Origin: a virus | Lineage: Duplodnaviria; Caudoviricetes | IMG/VR virus record: IMGVR_UViG_3300020473_000037 | Coordinates: 1 to 54,125 of that record | Reading direction: 5' to 3' (one strand) | DNA: 54,125 bases | Shown: piece after piece, positions 27,101 to 36,300 of the stretch | Layout of the letters: each line of letters starts with the position of its first letter | Position numbering within the stretch: position 1 is the stretch's first letter | Notes under the pieces: generated by a model | What the model saw: the letters and a program-made list of their open reading frames with translations, nothing else | Told to the model about the DNA's origin: nothing | Database searches by the model: none | Made by a program: the position numbers and the translations under genes

Positions 27101-28720
27101 ACAGATAGGTTCCGTAATAGTTCTGCTATGGATGATTTTGAACTTACTGTTCTTAACACATATAATGATAAATTCTCTTCTTGGAATATGGGTGAATTTG
27201 ATTATATTGATTCTATTAAGGATCTTCAGGATGGAGCAAAAACTAGATTCCCATTATTCTATAACTCAACATTATTAAGTTTTGAAATTGATCCTAATGA
27301 TCAAAATTCTTCTCTAATTGATCTTAATGCACTATTATTAGTAATTGTAAATGGTGTAGTACAAGATCCTGGCGAATCTTACACGTTTGATGGGGGAACT
27401 TCATTTGCATTTAAGGTTGCACCTGGTCCCGAAGATAATATTTCAGTATTCTTCTATAAAGGAACAGATGGTGTTGATAGTACAATAGTTGGTGCTGGTT
27501 CATCAGTATTCCCAACAATTAAACATGGTGACGTTATACAAGTATCTAAATTTGCAACTGCTGGTATAACAACTACTCAAGATCCAAGAACAATTTACTC
27601 TGTTGCTGCATCAGATAAGGTAGAAACTAATCTATACGGTGGAGTAGGTATTGATGAGGTTAATTATAAACCAGTAAATTGGACTAAGCAGAAAATTGAT
27701 AAGAGAGTCGGTGGAGATATTGTTTATAAAACAAGAGATTCTATAGAATCTTTAGTATATCCAACTTCTAGAATAATTGGAGATTTAGGTACAACAGACA
27801 CTCAATTATTTGTTGATAATGCAAGATTCTTTAATTATGAAGAAGATTGGTCTACTATTACAATTAATAGTGTTGGTGGATTGATTGTTAGTGGAGAAAC
27901 CCCAGTTGCTGCAGGATTAACTGCAACAGTAGGTGCTGGAGGAACAATATCCGCATTAACAATAACAGGTGGTGGTAGTGGATATGTAGGAGCAACAACT
28001 TCTATTTCAATATCTGCACCTCATGCTATAGGAGCTGGTGTTGGAGCAACTGCAACTGCAACAGCAACTATTACTAATGGAATAATAACTAATACTACTA
28101 TTACAAATGGTGGTATTGGATATACAGTAACTGCTCCTCCTCAAGTAATTGCACCTTTCCCATCATACAATAAAGAAGATATTGATTCTATTAGTACAAT
28201 TCAGGGATATGATGGTGTTGTTACTGGAATTGCAGTAACTGATGGGGTAGGAACTCATGATCTTGCAATTAAGTTCACTCTTCAAATGGATATTACAAAT
28301 AATCCAAATGCAGCACTTAATCAGTTACAAGCTGGATATCCAATTTATATTTTTGATACCCAAGTTGGTCATGGAGTAACTTCAGTTTCTAGTAATAATG
28401 CAACAGTTGTTGGAGTTGGTACTACATGTGTAGATAATGTCTATAAGATAAATTCTATATCACTTAGTTCTCCTCTCGCTATTGTTACCTGTAATGTTGA
28501 TACTGGAATTACCAGTACTGGAATTAGTACTTCTGTTGGAATAGGAAGTGCAATTGGTAGATTCTCTTGGGGAAGACTATCAGGATTCAGTAGATCTACT
28601 GATCCAATTTCTATTGGTGTAACAGGTCGCATTACATCTGGATTATCTACATATCCATCAATCCAAAGAAGAGATTACGGTCTAAGAAGCACTGGTGCTA
28701 CAAGAAAGGATCTCGGCTAG
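15128..28720 (+). CDS. gp7: giant baseplate wedge initiator gp7-like protein (4530 aa)
   Basis: Lies between gp6 and gp8; YQSKGT..SFRILF, DNDYYQNLSY and LLHTSG gp7 motifs; many beta-rich inserts. Confidence 0.85.
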   Translation: MITTGFDKRVQVQQIIDNQLPEFLLSESPKAVDFLKQYYISQEYQGGNIDITDNLDQYLRLDNLTPEVIVAETTLSTGIDVSATTVDVVTTKGFPSEYGLFKIDDEVFTYTGITTNSFTGCIRGFSGITTYHAEDNPGELVFSDTSATSHISGATVNNLSALFLKEFYKKTKSTLTPGLEDTEFVSNLDVSNFIKESHSLYQSKGTEESFRILFNILYNVTPKVVDLEQYLLKPSAAEFIRRELVLAEVISGDVNALAGQTIIKSTDSATRASVSEIEPFTRNGKTYYKLGLFVGFNDVDLIEGTFNIPGKTKVINPVSVGSSVITVDSTIGFGATGTVICGVNTAVSYSSKSINQFFGCSNIVDAIKVADDLRSDEVYFGYEDGDVTKKVEFRITGVLSKFVPVSDIKLSSEGEKITVKNVGEKILNPDSDKTKKEIFANTWIYNTSSRFVIENITGSTAVLFTRDIDKSSLKIDDEIEILQRGSQIIAATGTVGNITPSTRSIDIDNLVLASGQTSLPAAGEEYDLRRKLKRAFSSTEDIEFGNYVLTSDVSNVYNKADTDFYVASNSLPAYDITASLAKGILPEATSIAPTFYLQGYSNATLNYSILSFPSNLPFITGDEVYYEPQGTAIPGLSTGVYYVEVLSNANQIKLYTSRSFIPISDCVKFNVLSAGSGTHTFTLVSSRNKKIGAQKLLKKFPLNPNLKNGKGTKTNPGTTGMLVNGVEITNYKSDNKIFYGPIENVKIFNSGSGYDVLNPPNLSVSSPGTGTTALVHPVMDGTVTDVLVDPQNFDIDKVISVTIAGGNGEGAILAPIIGKRKREIFFDARLHTNSGGINVNTDTLTFLDSHNLSNAQPISYFRDNNPAVGIGSFFGSNLDQSKTLINNAVYYPQIVDALTIKLYETLSDYNAGINTVGFTTVGKSGTHRFKVFNEENTLKDIRVIDPGKGYQNRELKVKPVGINTITSTINFVDHGFNEGDKIVYDTAVGVGSTIPTKISELAKYTGITTTSNFYQVIKITDDKFRLSNAGLGGTITSNYVRNNYIKFTDKGTGYQVFKYPDIKLDIKYELANTNVGVITATPLVRGPIVDAYLYEKGTGYGSDVLNLEKTATITVKTGKEAELKPIITDGKVTYVEIQNGGKEYTAAPDLSLVGIGTGLGGKLRAVVTNGKITDVIIVDPGLKYQQDKVSIKVVPPGKNVKIEPFIRGLTVNNFSRYGNEALIETTDQLEYSFVGYSTAIGNDVYSDDGLKHSPIIGWAYDGNPIYGPYGYNDGKDENSGIRILKPGYVTNTSKIEDRPAISSFGAGFFVEDYEFDSSGDLDEYNGRYSRTPEFPNGIYAYFAGITTDTRLARFPYFIGDKFRSNVVEENYSINQRDFDFKAHNLIRNTYPYKVSDPHADNDFIIESNEIIDQTSVIEGTTKGNIDSFQIISSGSGYKMGDSFTFDNTGTSGGGLNAQIARIKGKDITDITTEIKNHNDPIFVWKNSNEVSAYISTSHPLVTNENIAISGIRTEGTIGDTSTFTIKNLAGSHSIGVTTARTVLFQDVPTSAATGIVTDIYVSTIPDQISVGSSITIGTENLKVLKTFNTRSILRVQRGIAGSAHTASSFVDLVPSYLTIPVETPYFDSKVDDVEYFNPHQSIGIGTPVGIGTTTLYTRGEVSELVNIPTHSIYLPNHPFRQAQEVVLRKPATGYALTVTTDENATNWLLPDPANGNSQTVYVINKSPDYIGIATQVGLTTNTSGVAFVSNGNRVGTSDFRYSLETNYTQITGVLQQITATAGVSTAHGLLKGDEITFEVRPDQSVGIGTSVSIDVRYDELNETVLINPISTNSSGVNVDLNQFTLNSHGYKTGDKVYYTSPSVAGGLTDKRTYYVYNQGNDAFKLCDTRLDALSVPPLIKNITSNGGGSAKHEFSLVNPRISVLENNNLVFDVSHTSLDGYDFKLFYDNEYKNEFVSTGKTDSFTVTGVGTVGVTTTATLTLNYSNINPKSLFYNVQKSGFISTADTDVSNYTNIKYGGSDYNGTYEVYGIGVTEFSVSLKEIPESLTYSQTNTETLQYTTNSPTARGGVDRIQLNYGGAGYKKLPSFVSIASTEGINASVLPQSKNINRIDDVRILDPGYEYSSDPTLTPEAFVPPIVSVIDNTKLTAVEVIDGGANYTGAPNIDLVNPDTGEKITTGYLEAFINQGSSSISGVNVILEPKGLAAVEHKVYTVNNNNGLSVSKAEYNPTTGIVTCTLTTPVLGFSTAPFTVGEKIFVEGIQQYTDSTITGGNGFNSADNAYKFFEITTFNNGNPAELEYNLSGIATNPGVAKTSQNTYANVVSINDYPTFKVTQTRSDFDLGEKLLALIGTDYVEVDLIVTESNADSIKVNEDTPGAFDLTPGQLIKGVNSGTIATVNSVDLNKAQFEINYSLRQDQGWIDNIGKLNEDYQVTPDNDYYQNLSYTVKSPITYEEIINPVNRLLHTSGLKNFADVGITSSVNAGVTAATEDFVISVDLLEEKRVDTINNFDLTLDVDTFGGKSKFLKFRNTKLSPYVECRTNRVLEIDDISPLFSNAQANLDPFIELPINDNYANFLVQVRNPNNGNIQISDIVLFKDENDVFTLERAKVHSTSSELGEIKAEMDAADNITLKFTPDDPFLNDYDLKVFKSSFNTDLSGIGTQSIGFVDLTGVNKIVSAGTSQLIIQDNTTDIDAYFAAIEVVDKVTTQSNYVELYLTHDGTNVYTGEYYTDSEDGSISNFIGTFTSNLSSNILSLTYENNTSNQVDVRTRIIGIGTTAAGIGTYRFKKTGQSDGTERTVNFETNYENPVGLGTTTVIQLEKSKISTVKSFVRVSTGNTSAMHQVMMAHDGTDSKVTTYPFLSIGSTSGIGTFTSEYSGSNWNLVFHPDAKFSSGSLQIQSFNEAIYTDSDLVNIPPDLQYGTATDSLKLLQYNATNGTRVDRKDFEINYNGTPIFEKKFDPSDSAVLNPVTGIFTIKDHFFETGEKLIYTPNDTFLGGSITGIGTLASGDMPTDVYAIKVDKDTFKLALSLAEADAGLGKTYVSVGAGNAHELEMSKKLEKSLLSIDGVIQSPLAYTPVNTTLSYALTDSATIFGVAGITSIATNSIVKIDNEYMKVTNVGLGTTSVGPITNTGTVNILEVERGVVGSAATSHNTSASTRVYGGSYNMVGNKVYFTESLIGKNTTVKNSSNLAFPRATFNGRVYLRKNYSTNVVFDDISESFTGIGQTYRVTVGGANTIGITTGSSLVLLNGIFQDPSTTNNANNNYEYVGSASSTKISFTGITSTNGEIIIDPNNVNQNQLPRGGVIVSLGSTGGLGIAPLSGAKVKPTLNVTRGIAGICGIPTTGKTYGITTASYNNNTGEVEITTTTTHEFKEVNEPIKLSGLEFTCVGSLNVSNAVYNQTTGDLVLTVGSHNRPVGSGITFNNNSLTFKCNQDNYSSNHTYPRGATDPVGNGVTAYITATSANTLTVNVGVGTTAIHQFVSASNPAINFGGDHTGITTTFFPDAYADRSFPISGILSTRTFTANVGVSTIPHQYVGAGTVYEYHADLEWGSGYRNPVSVGVTDIAYGHKFVSAATGAITGTGGPFTPTNAVYESHTGTLTLTIPSHGRTSGNVQIVENSLTFTCSRDNYQTEHTYPRPAFVHQFVSAVTNAVDGNKTPTAATYNAATGALELTFGSAHGKSNGQTITIANNSLTFRCSKDNYTSDHTYPRTTDPASGANLTVSGATSTKLTVNVGKSRTGDPAAGAQNLAITVIDTDTLSVNVGAGGGAGTGAVVTATVVDNTHNYVGGTATGAIIPNAWGTTPFNVNAATYNPETGILVVTTTSNHGLSASDTIGIKTSSLTFTCAQDNHNSNHSYPRVGDPIDGLINLAITTPTANTISVNVGKAPKGTGGALKFDITGVGTDYVNPKIFVDSPSYSNLGITGVSRRGIGSTTDTGTGVKLSVAVGGANTAGIGSTSFTVTEFDIHNYGYNFREGDVFKPVGLVTDRFRNSSAMDDFELTVLNTYNDKFSSWNMGEFDYIDSIKDLQDGAKTRFPLFYNSTLLSFEIDPNDQNSSLIDLNALLLVIVNGVVQDPGESYTFDGGTSFAFKVAPGPEDNISVFFYKGTDGVDSTIVGAGSSVFPTIKHGDVIQVSKFATAGITTTQDPRTIYSVAASDKVETNLYGGVGIDEVNYKPVNWTKQKIDKRVGGDIVYKTRDSIESLVYPTSRIIGDLGTTDTQLFVDNARFFNYEEDWSTITINSVGGLIVSGETPVAAGLTATVGAGGTISALTITGGGSGYVGATTSISISAPHAIGAGVGATATATATITNGIITNTTITNGGIGYTVTAPPQVIAPFPSYNKEDIDSISTIQGYDGVVTGIAVTDGVGTHDLAIKFTLQMDITNNPNAALNQLQAGYPIYIFDTQVGHGVTSVSSNNATVVGVGTTCVDNVYKINSISLSSPLAIVTCNVDTGITSTGISTSVGIGSAIGRFSWGRLSGFSRSTDPISIGVTGRITSGLSTYPSIQRRDYGLRSTGATRKDLG

Positions 28721-28728
28721 TATAAATA
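28721..28728 (+). promoter_or_regulatory. T4-type late promoter
   Basis: TATAAATA upstream of gp8. Confidence 0.8.
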
Positions 28729-28746
28729 CAGAAAAAAGCTAATAAT

Positions 28747-30312
28747 ATGGCTGCTATTGTAACAGATCAATTTAGAATACTGAATGCTAATAACTTTGTA
28801 GAGACAGTAGAAAACTCTACAAATTCTTATTACGTATTTCTAGGTCTTGATAACCCATCCTCTGTTGGTTTTGGGAGAACATCTACATGGGATACAAATA
28901 CTCCCAATCCTGTAGATAATTTCAATAATATGAATCATGTTGGTGACACCATGATGTTTGGTAAGAAAGTAACGAGTGCTAATATTAGAAGGTTGGTCAG
29001 AAGAGTTAATTGGACTCAAGGATCCAGATATGAAATGTATCGTCATGATTACAGTATTACTAATCTTTCACCGATTACACGTTCTGCAAGATTATATGAT
29101 GCAAACTATTATGTAATGAATAAGAACTACGATGTTTATATTTGTATTGATAATGGTGCTACTGGAATAAGTACGACTGGTAATGCTTCACAAGATGAAC
29201 CACTATTTACTGATTTGGAACCATCAAGAGCAGGTGAGAGTGGTGATGGATATATTTGGAAGTATCTTTTCACAGTACCTCCTAGTGATATTATAAAATT
29301 TGATTCTACAGAATATATTTCTGTTCCTAATAATTGGTCTACTGCTACTGATACTCAGATACAATCTGTTAGAGAGAATGGTGATTCTGATTTAAATAAC
29401 AATCAAATTAAAAAAGTTTATGTTGATCAGCAAGGTTCTGGTTATTCTCAAAATGTTATAGGTAAAGAAGTTGATATTATAGGTGATGGTAGTGGTGCTA
29501 AAGTTGTCTTAGATACTAATAGTTCTGGACAAATAACTAAAACTACTGTTTCTTCTGGTGGTAAAAACTATAGTTTTGGAATGGTTGATTTAGGACCAAT
29601 TGGAAACTCTGCAGTTTCTGCTGGTAATTATGCTAAATTAATTCCAATTATTCCACCATCAAAAGGACATGGATTTGATTTATATAAAGAATTGGGAACA
29701 GATAAGATCCTAATCTATGCTAGATTTGATGATTCTACTAGAGATTTCCCAGTTGATACTAAATTTGCACAGATTGGAATTGTAAAAAATCCAACTGTAA
29801 CTGGATCTGCAACAACATTTACTGATAATCAATATTCATCAGTAAATTCAGTTAAATTATCAACATCAAGTGGAACTCCTACTATTGGTGAAAAAATCAA
29901 TCAAATAGTGACTGGAGGTACTGCAGAAGGATACATTGTATCCTATAGTACAGATACTAAAGTTTTAAAATACTTCCAAGACAGATCGTTGTATTTTAAT
30001 CAAACAACTTTAGATCAAACTGATTATGTTGGGGTTACTACAGAAGCTAAGGTTTTATCTTTTGAATCTTCAGCAAATAATATAGTTGCACCTGGAAGCG
30101 GATTCCAAGGATCCGTTGATACTAATTTCACTGGAATTAGTACAAACCCAACAGGTAACAAACTTATACCTCTCGGAGTTAACTTTACAAATGGACTTGC
30201 AAGTCCTGAGATAAATAAAGGGTCAGGTGAAATAATCTATCTAGACAATAGACCAACTATCACCAGAAACTCTCGACAAAAAGAAGACGTTAAGATCATC
30301 TTGGAATTCTAA
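28747..30312 (+). CDS. gp8: baseplate wedge subunit gp8
   Basis: MAAIVTDQFRI, DGYIWKYLF and SGEIIYLDNR...QKEDVKIILEF motifs. Confidence 0.95.
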   Translation: MAAIVTDQFRILNANNFVETVENSTNSYYVFLGLDNPSSVGFGRTSTWDTNTPNPVDNFNNMNHVGDTMMFGKKVTSANIRRLVRRVNWTQGSRYEMYRHDYSITNLSPITRSARLYDANYYVMNKNYDVYICIDNGATGISTTGNASQDEPLFTDLEPSRAGESGDGYIWKYLFTVPPSDIIKFDSTEYISVPNNWSTATDTQIQSVRENGDSDLNNNQIKKVYVDQQGSGYSQNVIGKEVDIIGDGSGAKVVLDTNSSGQITKTTVSSGGKNYSFGMVDLGPIGNSAVSAGNYAKLIPIIPPSKGHGFDLYKELGTDKILIYARFDDSTRDFPVDTKFAQIGIVKNPTVTGSATTFTDNQYSSVNSVKLSTSSGTPTIGEKINQIVTGGTAEGYIVSYSTDTKVLKYFQDRSLYFNQTTLDQTDYVGVTTEAKVLSFESSANNIVAPGSGFQGSVDTNFTGISTNPTGNKLIPLGVNFTNGLASPEINKGSGEIIYLDNRPTITRNSRQKEDVKIILEF

Positions 30313-30318
30313 AGTAAA

Positions 30319-33300
30319 ATGCCACAAAAGACGAATTTAAATATAAATCCTTATTACGACGATTTTAATAAGGAAGATAATTTTTACAAGGTATTATTTA
30401 AACCAGGACAACCTGTTCAGGCTAGAGAGTTAACTACTCTTCAGTCACAGTTACAGAATCAAATAGAGTCTTTTGGTAGTCATATCTTTAAAGAAGGATC
30501 AATGGTGATCCCTGGAAATATTAACTATGATGGACAATATTATTCACTGAAGATAAATAATGACCATTTAGGGATACCTGTATCATTATACACTGATAAA
30601 TTAAAAGGTAAAAGATTAAAGGGAGAAGATACTGGTATTATTGTAAGTGTTGATGATTATAAGTTAGCAGGAGATACTTCAGAAATAACACACCTTACAC
30701 TTTTTGTTAAGTATGTTGAGTCTGGAGAAGATAATACAATATCTACATTAAATGATGGAGAAAATCTATTAGTTGAAGAATCATTTGTTTATGGAAATAC
30801 TCCTATAAATGCGGGAGATTCTGTAGCAACTCTTATTGATACTGATGCTTCATCTACTGGATGTGCAGTTGGAATTTCTTCTGGAGTTTATTTTATTAGA
30901 GGAACATTTGTAGATGTTTCTACTGATAAGTTAGTTTTAGATCCATATTCAAACTCTCCTTCATATAGGGTTGGTTTAGATATCCAAGAGGATATTGTTA
31001 CTGCTAAAGAAGATTCTAAATTATATGATAATGCTAGAGGGTTCTCAAACTTTGCTGCACCAGGTGCTGATAGGTTTAAGATTTCAACTACTCTAATTAA
31101 AAAGAGTCTATCTGATCAAAATGATACTAGTTTTGTAGAATTAGTTCGATTAGATGATGGAGAAATTAAGAAATTACAAAATAAATCACAATATTCAATA
31201 ATTAAGGATTACTTTGCTCAAAGAACTTTCGATGAATCTGGAAGTTATTCGGTAGAGCCATTTGAAGTAGAAATTGCTAATTCATTAAATGATGGTATTT
31301 CTAATGAGGGTGTCTTTAGGTCAACTGAAGTAACAGAACAAGGAAATACACCAACTGATGATTTAATGGCAGTTAAGGTGTCTGCAGGAAAGGCATATGT
31401 TAAAGGATACGATAGTGAAAAGATTGGAACTACTGTATTAGATGTAGAAAAACCAAGAGATACGCAAACTGTAGATTCATCTTTGGTTTCTTATGAATTT
31501 GGTACAAAATTTAGGATTAATCATGTTCTTGGTGTAACACCTACTGCTATTAATACAACTCAGACTATAGGATTATGGAATCAAAGAAGTGCTAGTAATA
31601 CTGCAGGTTCAGGACAACAAATAGGTGATGCTAAAGTTTATGCCTGTAATCTAACTGATAGTCAGTATAAAGATCATACTACTGAATTTGATCTTTATCT
31701 CTTTGATATTCAAACTTGGACGATAGTTACAACTAATAGAAATTTATCTAATATTGAGTTACCTGCAGGTTCTTTTGTTAGGGGTATAAGTAGTGGTGCA
31801 ACTGGATATGCACAATATCAGGGTGGTGGAGATTATACACAGGAACTCACACAAGTTTCTGGTACTTTTGTTAAAGGTGAACAGATCATAATTAATGAAA
31901 ATCCCCAATATACAGCATCATTGATTGCTGTAACCGTATATGGTATTCAAGATATTAAATCAGTTTATCAAGATACTAGTACTCTTTCTGGATATTCTGT
32001 TGACTTTGTAGCAGACACCGTTCTTGAAAATTGGTTACCAGAACAATTTAATGTTGTTAATAATATTAGTATAACTGGTGCTGCTGCTACTGTACCTGGA
32101 AAAAATTGGTCGGGTGTTAAACTGGGATCAGTTATTAAGTATACAAAACCTGCCGCAACAGTACCTACATTTAATAGAATTAGTGCAGTTGCTGCAGACC
32201 TTAATTCAGTAACTCTTGCTAGTTGTCCTAATATAGCTGGTGTATGTGATGGTTCATTAGCACCAATTACTGGTCTTGAGGTATCTTCATTTACTCTAGG
32301 AGCAACAAAAGTTGGTCTTAGCAATACTAAAGGTCTATATGCACCATTAGATAGATCTGATATATCTGATGTAAGTTTAACTAATTCTAATTTAATAGTC
32401 GGAAGTCAAATTACAGGTGAAACCACTAACGGTAGTGGTGTATTAAGTGTTAATATCTCTGCTACTGGCATATCTAGTGCTTTCTTTGAATCATATGATG
32501 CTGAAAGATATAGTGTCACATATTCTAATGGTACTCAAGGTATAATTAATTCTAGTAAATTTATATTGGGTGCAGATGGGCAATCATTTACTATTAATGA
32601 TTTATTAGCTAATCAGAGTAATGTTGTAGTTAATACCACTGTTAAGAAACAAGGTATTAAGAGTAAGAAAAAAGATTTTGTTAGAAGTCAAAGAAAAGAT
32701 GTATTATATACTGCTGTAGGTGTTAATACAGTAGGTAGTGGATTACCTATTAATGGTAGTTATGGTATAAGAATTGAAGATAAGGAAATTTCATTAAATG
32801 TTCCAGATGCGACAAATATAGTTGGTGTATATGAATCAATAGACACTGCAAAACCAATTTTGGATCAATTAGTATTCATTAGTGGTCTTAATTTAAATAC
32901 TGCTTCTATTGTTGGTGAAAGAGTTAGTGGTGCAACTGGTGGAGCAGTAGCACAAATAACTGCCAGAATTAATGCAACTACTATTGAGATTGCTTATCTA
33001 ACTCCAATGAAATTTATAATAGGAGAACTTGTTACTTTCTCTGAATCAAATATTAGTAGTAATCTTCAGAATATAACAGTAGGAAGTTACTTAGATATTA
33101 CTAATAGGTTTACACTAGATAAAGGTCAAAGAGAACAGTATTATGATTATTCGAGAGCAGTTAGAAGAGAGAATTTCCCACCACCATGTAAGACTTTAAG
33201 TATAATCTTCAATAGTTTTGTTGTTCCTAGTGGCGATACTGGTGATGTTTATACTGTAGAATCTTATGATGATGAAAGATTTGGATCCGATGTTCCTCAT

Positions 33301-36300
33301 TTGGCAGATGGATTAAGGACATCAGATACTTTAGACTTTAGACCAAGAGTAGTACCAACTAGTTCTACAGTTGTTTCACCACTTTATCCTGCAAGTAGAG
33401 ATTTTGGAGCAACTGGTAACGTTAATGCATCCTTTATCGTTACTCCAAATGAAAGTTCATTGGTAGGATATACTTATTATCTACCAAGAGTTGATAAGGT
33501 AATGTTAGATACTCTTGGAAATATTTCGGTAGTTAAAGGAACTTCTTCTCCAGATCCACAGGAACCAGCGAATATTGAAAATGCAATGACACTTGCAACG
33601 ATTACGCTTCCTGCATATCTTTATGATCCACAAGATGCAGAAATAAAGCTTGTTGATAATATAAGATATACAATGAGAGATATTGGTGATTTAGAAGATA
33701 GAATTGAAAACTTAGAAATAGTTACTTCATTAAGTTTATTAGAACTTGATACAAAGACTTTCCAAGTTCAAGATGCAGATGGATTATCTAGATTTAAGAC
33801 TGGATTCTTTGTAGATGACTTTAAGAACAATCATTTATTAGATCTATCAGATCCAGATTGTAAGTGTGATATTAATGTTACTAAGAAGGAATTAAATGTT
33901 CCATTAGATTTTTATTCACTTAAACCAGAATTAGCATTAAGACCTGATATTAATACAGCAACTGCTGATTTCTCAACAAATCTAGAGTTATTAGATTCTA
34001 ATGTCAGAAAAACTGGTGATTTAATTACTCTTGATTATTCAGAGAAAGGATGGATTGAACAACCATTAGCTTCTAGAGTAGAGAATGTCAATCCATTTAA
34101 TATGATTGAATTCACTGGAACTATTGATTTAAGTCCATCTACTGATACTTGGATTAGAAATATACAAGTTAGTGGTGGAACAAGAAGAATTACTGGTGGT
34201 TTTGATGGATCATATACTGAAACTATTAAAACTAGTAGTGCTCCAGATACACATATTAGATCAAGAAACGTTGCATTTATTGCAAGAGGATTGAGACCTG
34301 TCGCTAGACATTATCCATTCTTTGATAGTACTAGTGGAATTGATGTAGTTCCAAAACTTGTTGAGGTTTCTATGACAAATGGAACATTTGTCAAAGGTGA
34401 GACTGTAGATGTTTATGCTTCAGATGGAACTCAAGTAGCAGTAATGAGACTTGCTCAACCAGATCATAAAGAAGGTAATATTACCAGTCCTGATGTTACA
34501 TATAACGCAAATCCATATAATACTTCAGTTAGTTTAGGAACTGCTTATTCAGCATCTGCTACTGTTTTAAATATTGATATTAATTCATTAACTGATGAAG
34601 CACAGGGTTCTTATTGGGGATATATTCCAACTGGTACTGGAATTACGGTTTTAGGAAGATCTAGTGGTGCTCAAGCAACAATTAGTGATGTAAGATTAGT
34701 CTGTGACACTTATGGTGATTTATTAGGATCATATTGGTTTAGAGATCCATTAGCAAGTCCTCCACCACCATTAAGATGGAGAACTGGTACTAGAACATTT
34801 AAACTTACATCTAGTTCATCAAATGCTACTCCATTACCTGGAAGTTTATTAATTAGTAGTGGAGAAACAACATATACTGCTACTGGTATAGTAGAGACAT
34901 TTAGAAATACTTTAGTTATTGTAAGAAGACCACCCCCACCACCACAAACTTGTGACCCTCTTGCACAATCATTTACAACCGATGAAACTGGTGCTTTCGT
35001 AACTGCTGTTGATCTTTATTTTGGTAATAAAGATGAAAATGAGAAATTAACAGTTCAAATAAGAACAGTTGAATTAGGTACACCTACAACTCAGGTTGTA
35101 CAGGATTATGCTACTATTACTTTAGATCCATCTCAAATTAATACTTCTCCAAATGCGGAAGTAGCAACTAAAGTAACTTTCCCATCCCCTGTTTATCTAG
35201 AACCACGTACTGAGTATGCAATAGTAATTCTTGCACCAACTACAAATAATTATGAATCGTGGATTGCTCAAATGGGCGAAAGAACTGTAAATACTCAGAG
35301 TTTACCAAATGCAGAATCTGTAATGGTTACTCGTCAGTATGTTGGTGGAAGTCTATTTAAATCGCAAAATGGATCTATTTGGACACCAAGCCAATTTGAA
35401 GATCTTAAGTTTAAACTTTATAAAGCTGAATTTATAACCGATCCAGGTACAGTTTATTTCTATAATCAAAATCTTGGATCTGGATCACATTCTATACCTA
35501 GATTAGATAGTAACGGTATTAAGACACTACCTAGAAAATTAAGAGTTAAACATACTGCTACAACTCATGCAGCAACTCTTGTTAACTTGGGTGTTGGTGC
35601 AAAGGTTAGTGAAGGTGCTGCTGGAGGAACTGGTCCAACTGGAATTGTTGAAAGAGTTGGTGGTCCTATTAATACAGGTACAGTTACTAATCCTGGTACT
35701 GGATATGTTAATGCAACATATACTAATGTTCCACTTTATAATATAACTGGTAATGGTACTGGTGGACAGGCAACAGTTGTTGTTTCAGGTGGAGTTGTTG
35801 CTTCAATAAGTTCTTTTGGTGCAGCAGGTAGTGGTTATATAGCTGGTGATGTTGTAGGTCTTACTACTGCATCTGCTGGATTATCAGGTATTGGTGCAGA
35901 ATTAACTATTACATCCACTGCATCACAAGATACAATGTATCTGAAAGATGTTCACGGTGAAGCATTTACTGCTGGTCAAGATCTAGTTTATTATTCTGGT
36001 GCTAGTAGAGTAGCATTAGGTAGTACTGATGTTGTATCTTCTGCATTAATTGATGACCTTTATACTGGTGATGTTCTTGAAATTAATCAGTATAATCATG
36101 GTATGACTGCAGATCTGAATGTAGTTGAATTATCAAATATTGAACCAAATACTCCTCCTGTTCTTCTAACAGATAATTTGGATATTGGTGATCAAATAAT
36201 TTCTGTTGCAAGTACTGCTGGATTTGTTGATTATGATGGTCAAGCAAATATTGATAAAGGATATGTTAAGATTAATAGTGAAATTATTTACTATGAGAGT

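Noticed and set aside
15128-28720. Intein or intron explaining the size of gp7
   Set aside because: No intein splice motifs or LAGLIDADG/HNH domain were seen; the length comes from beta-rich inserts.
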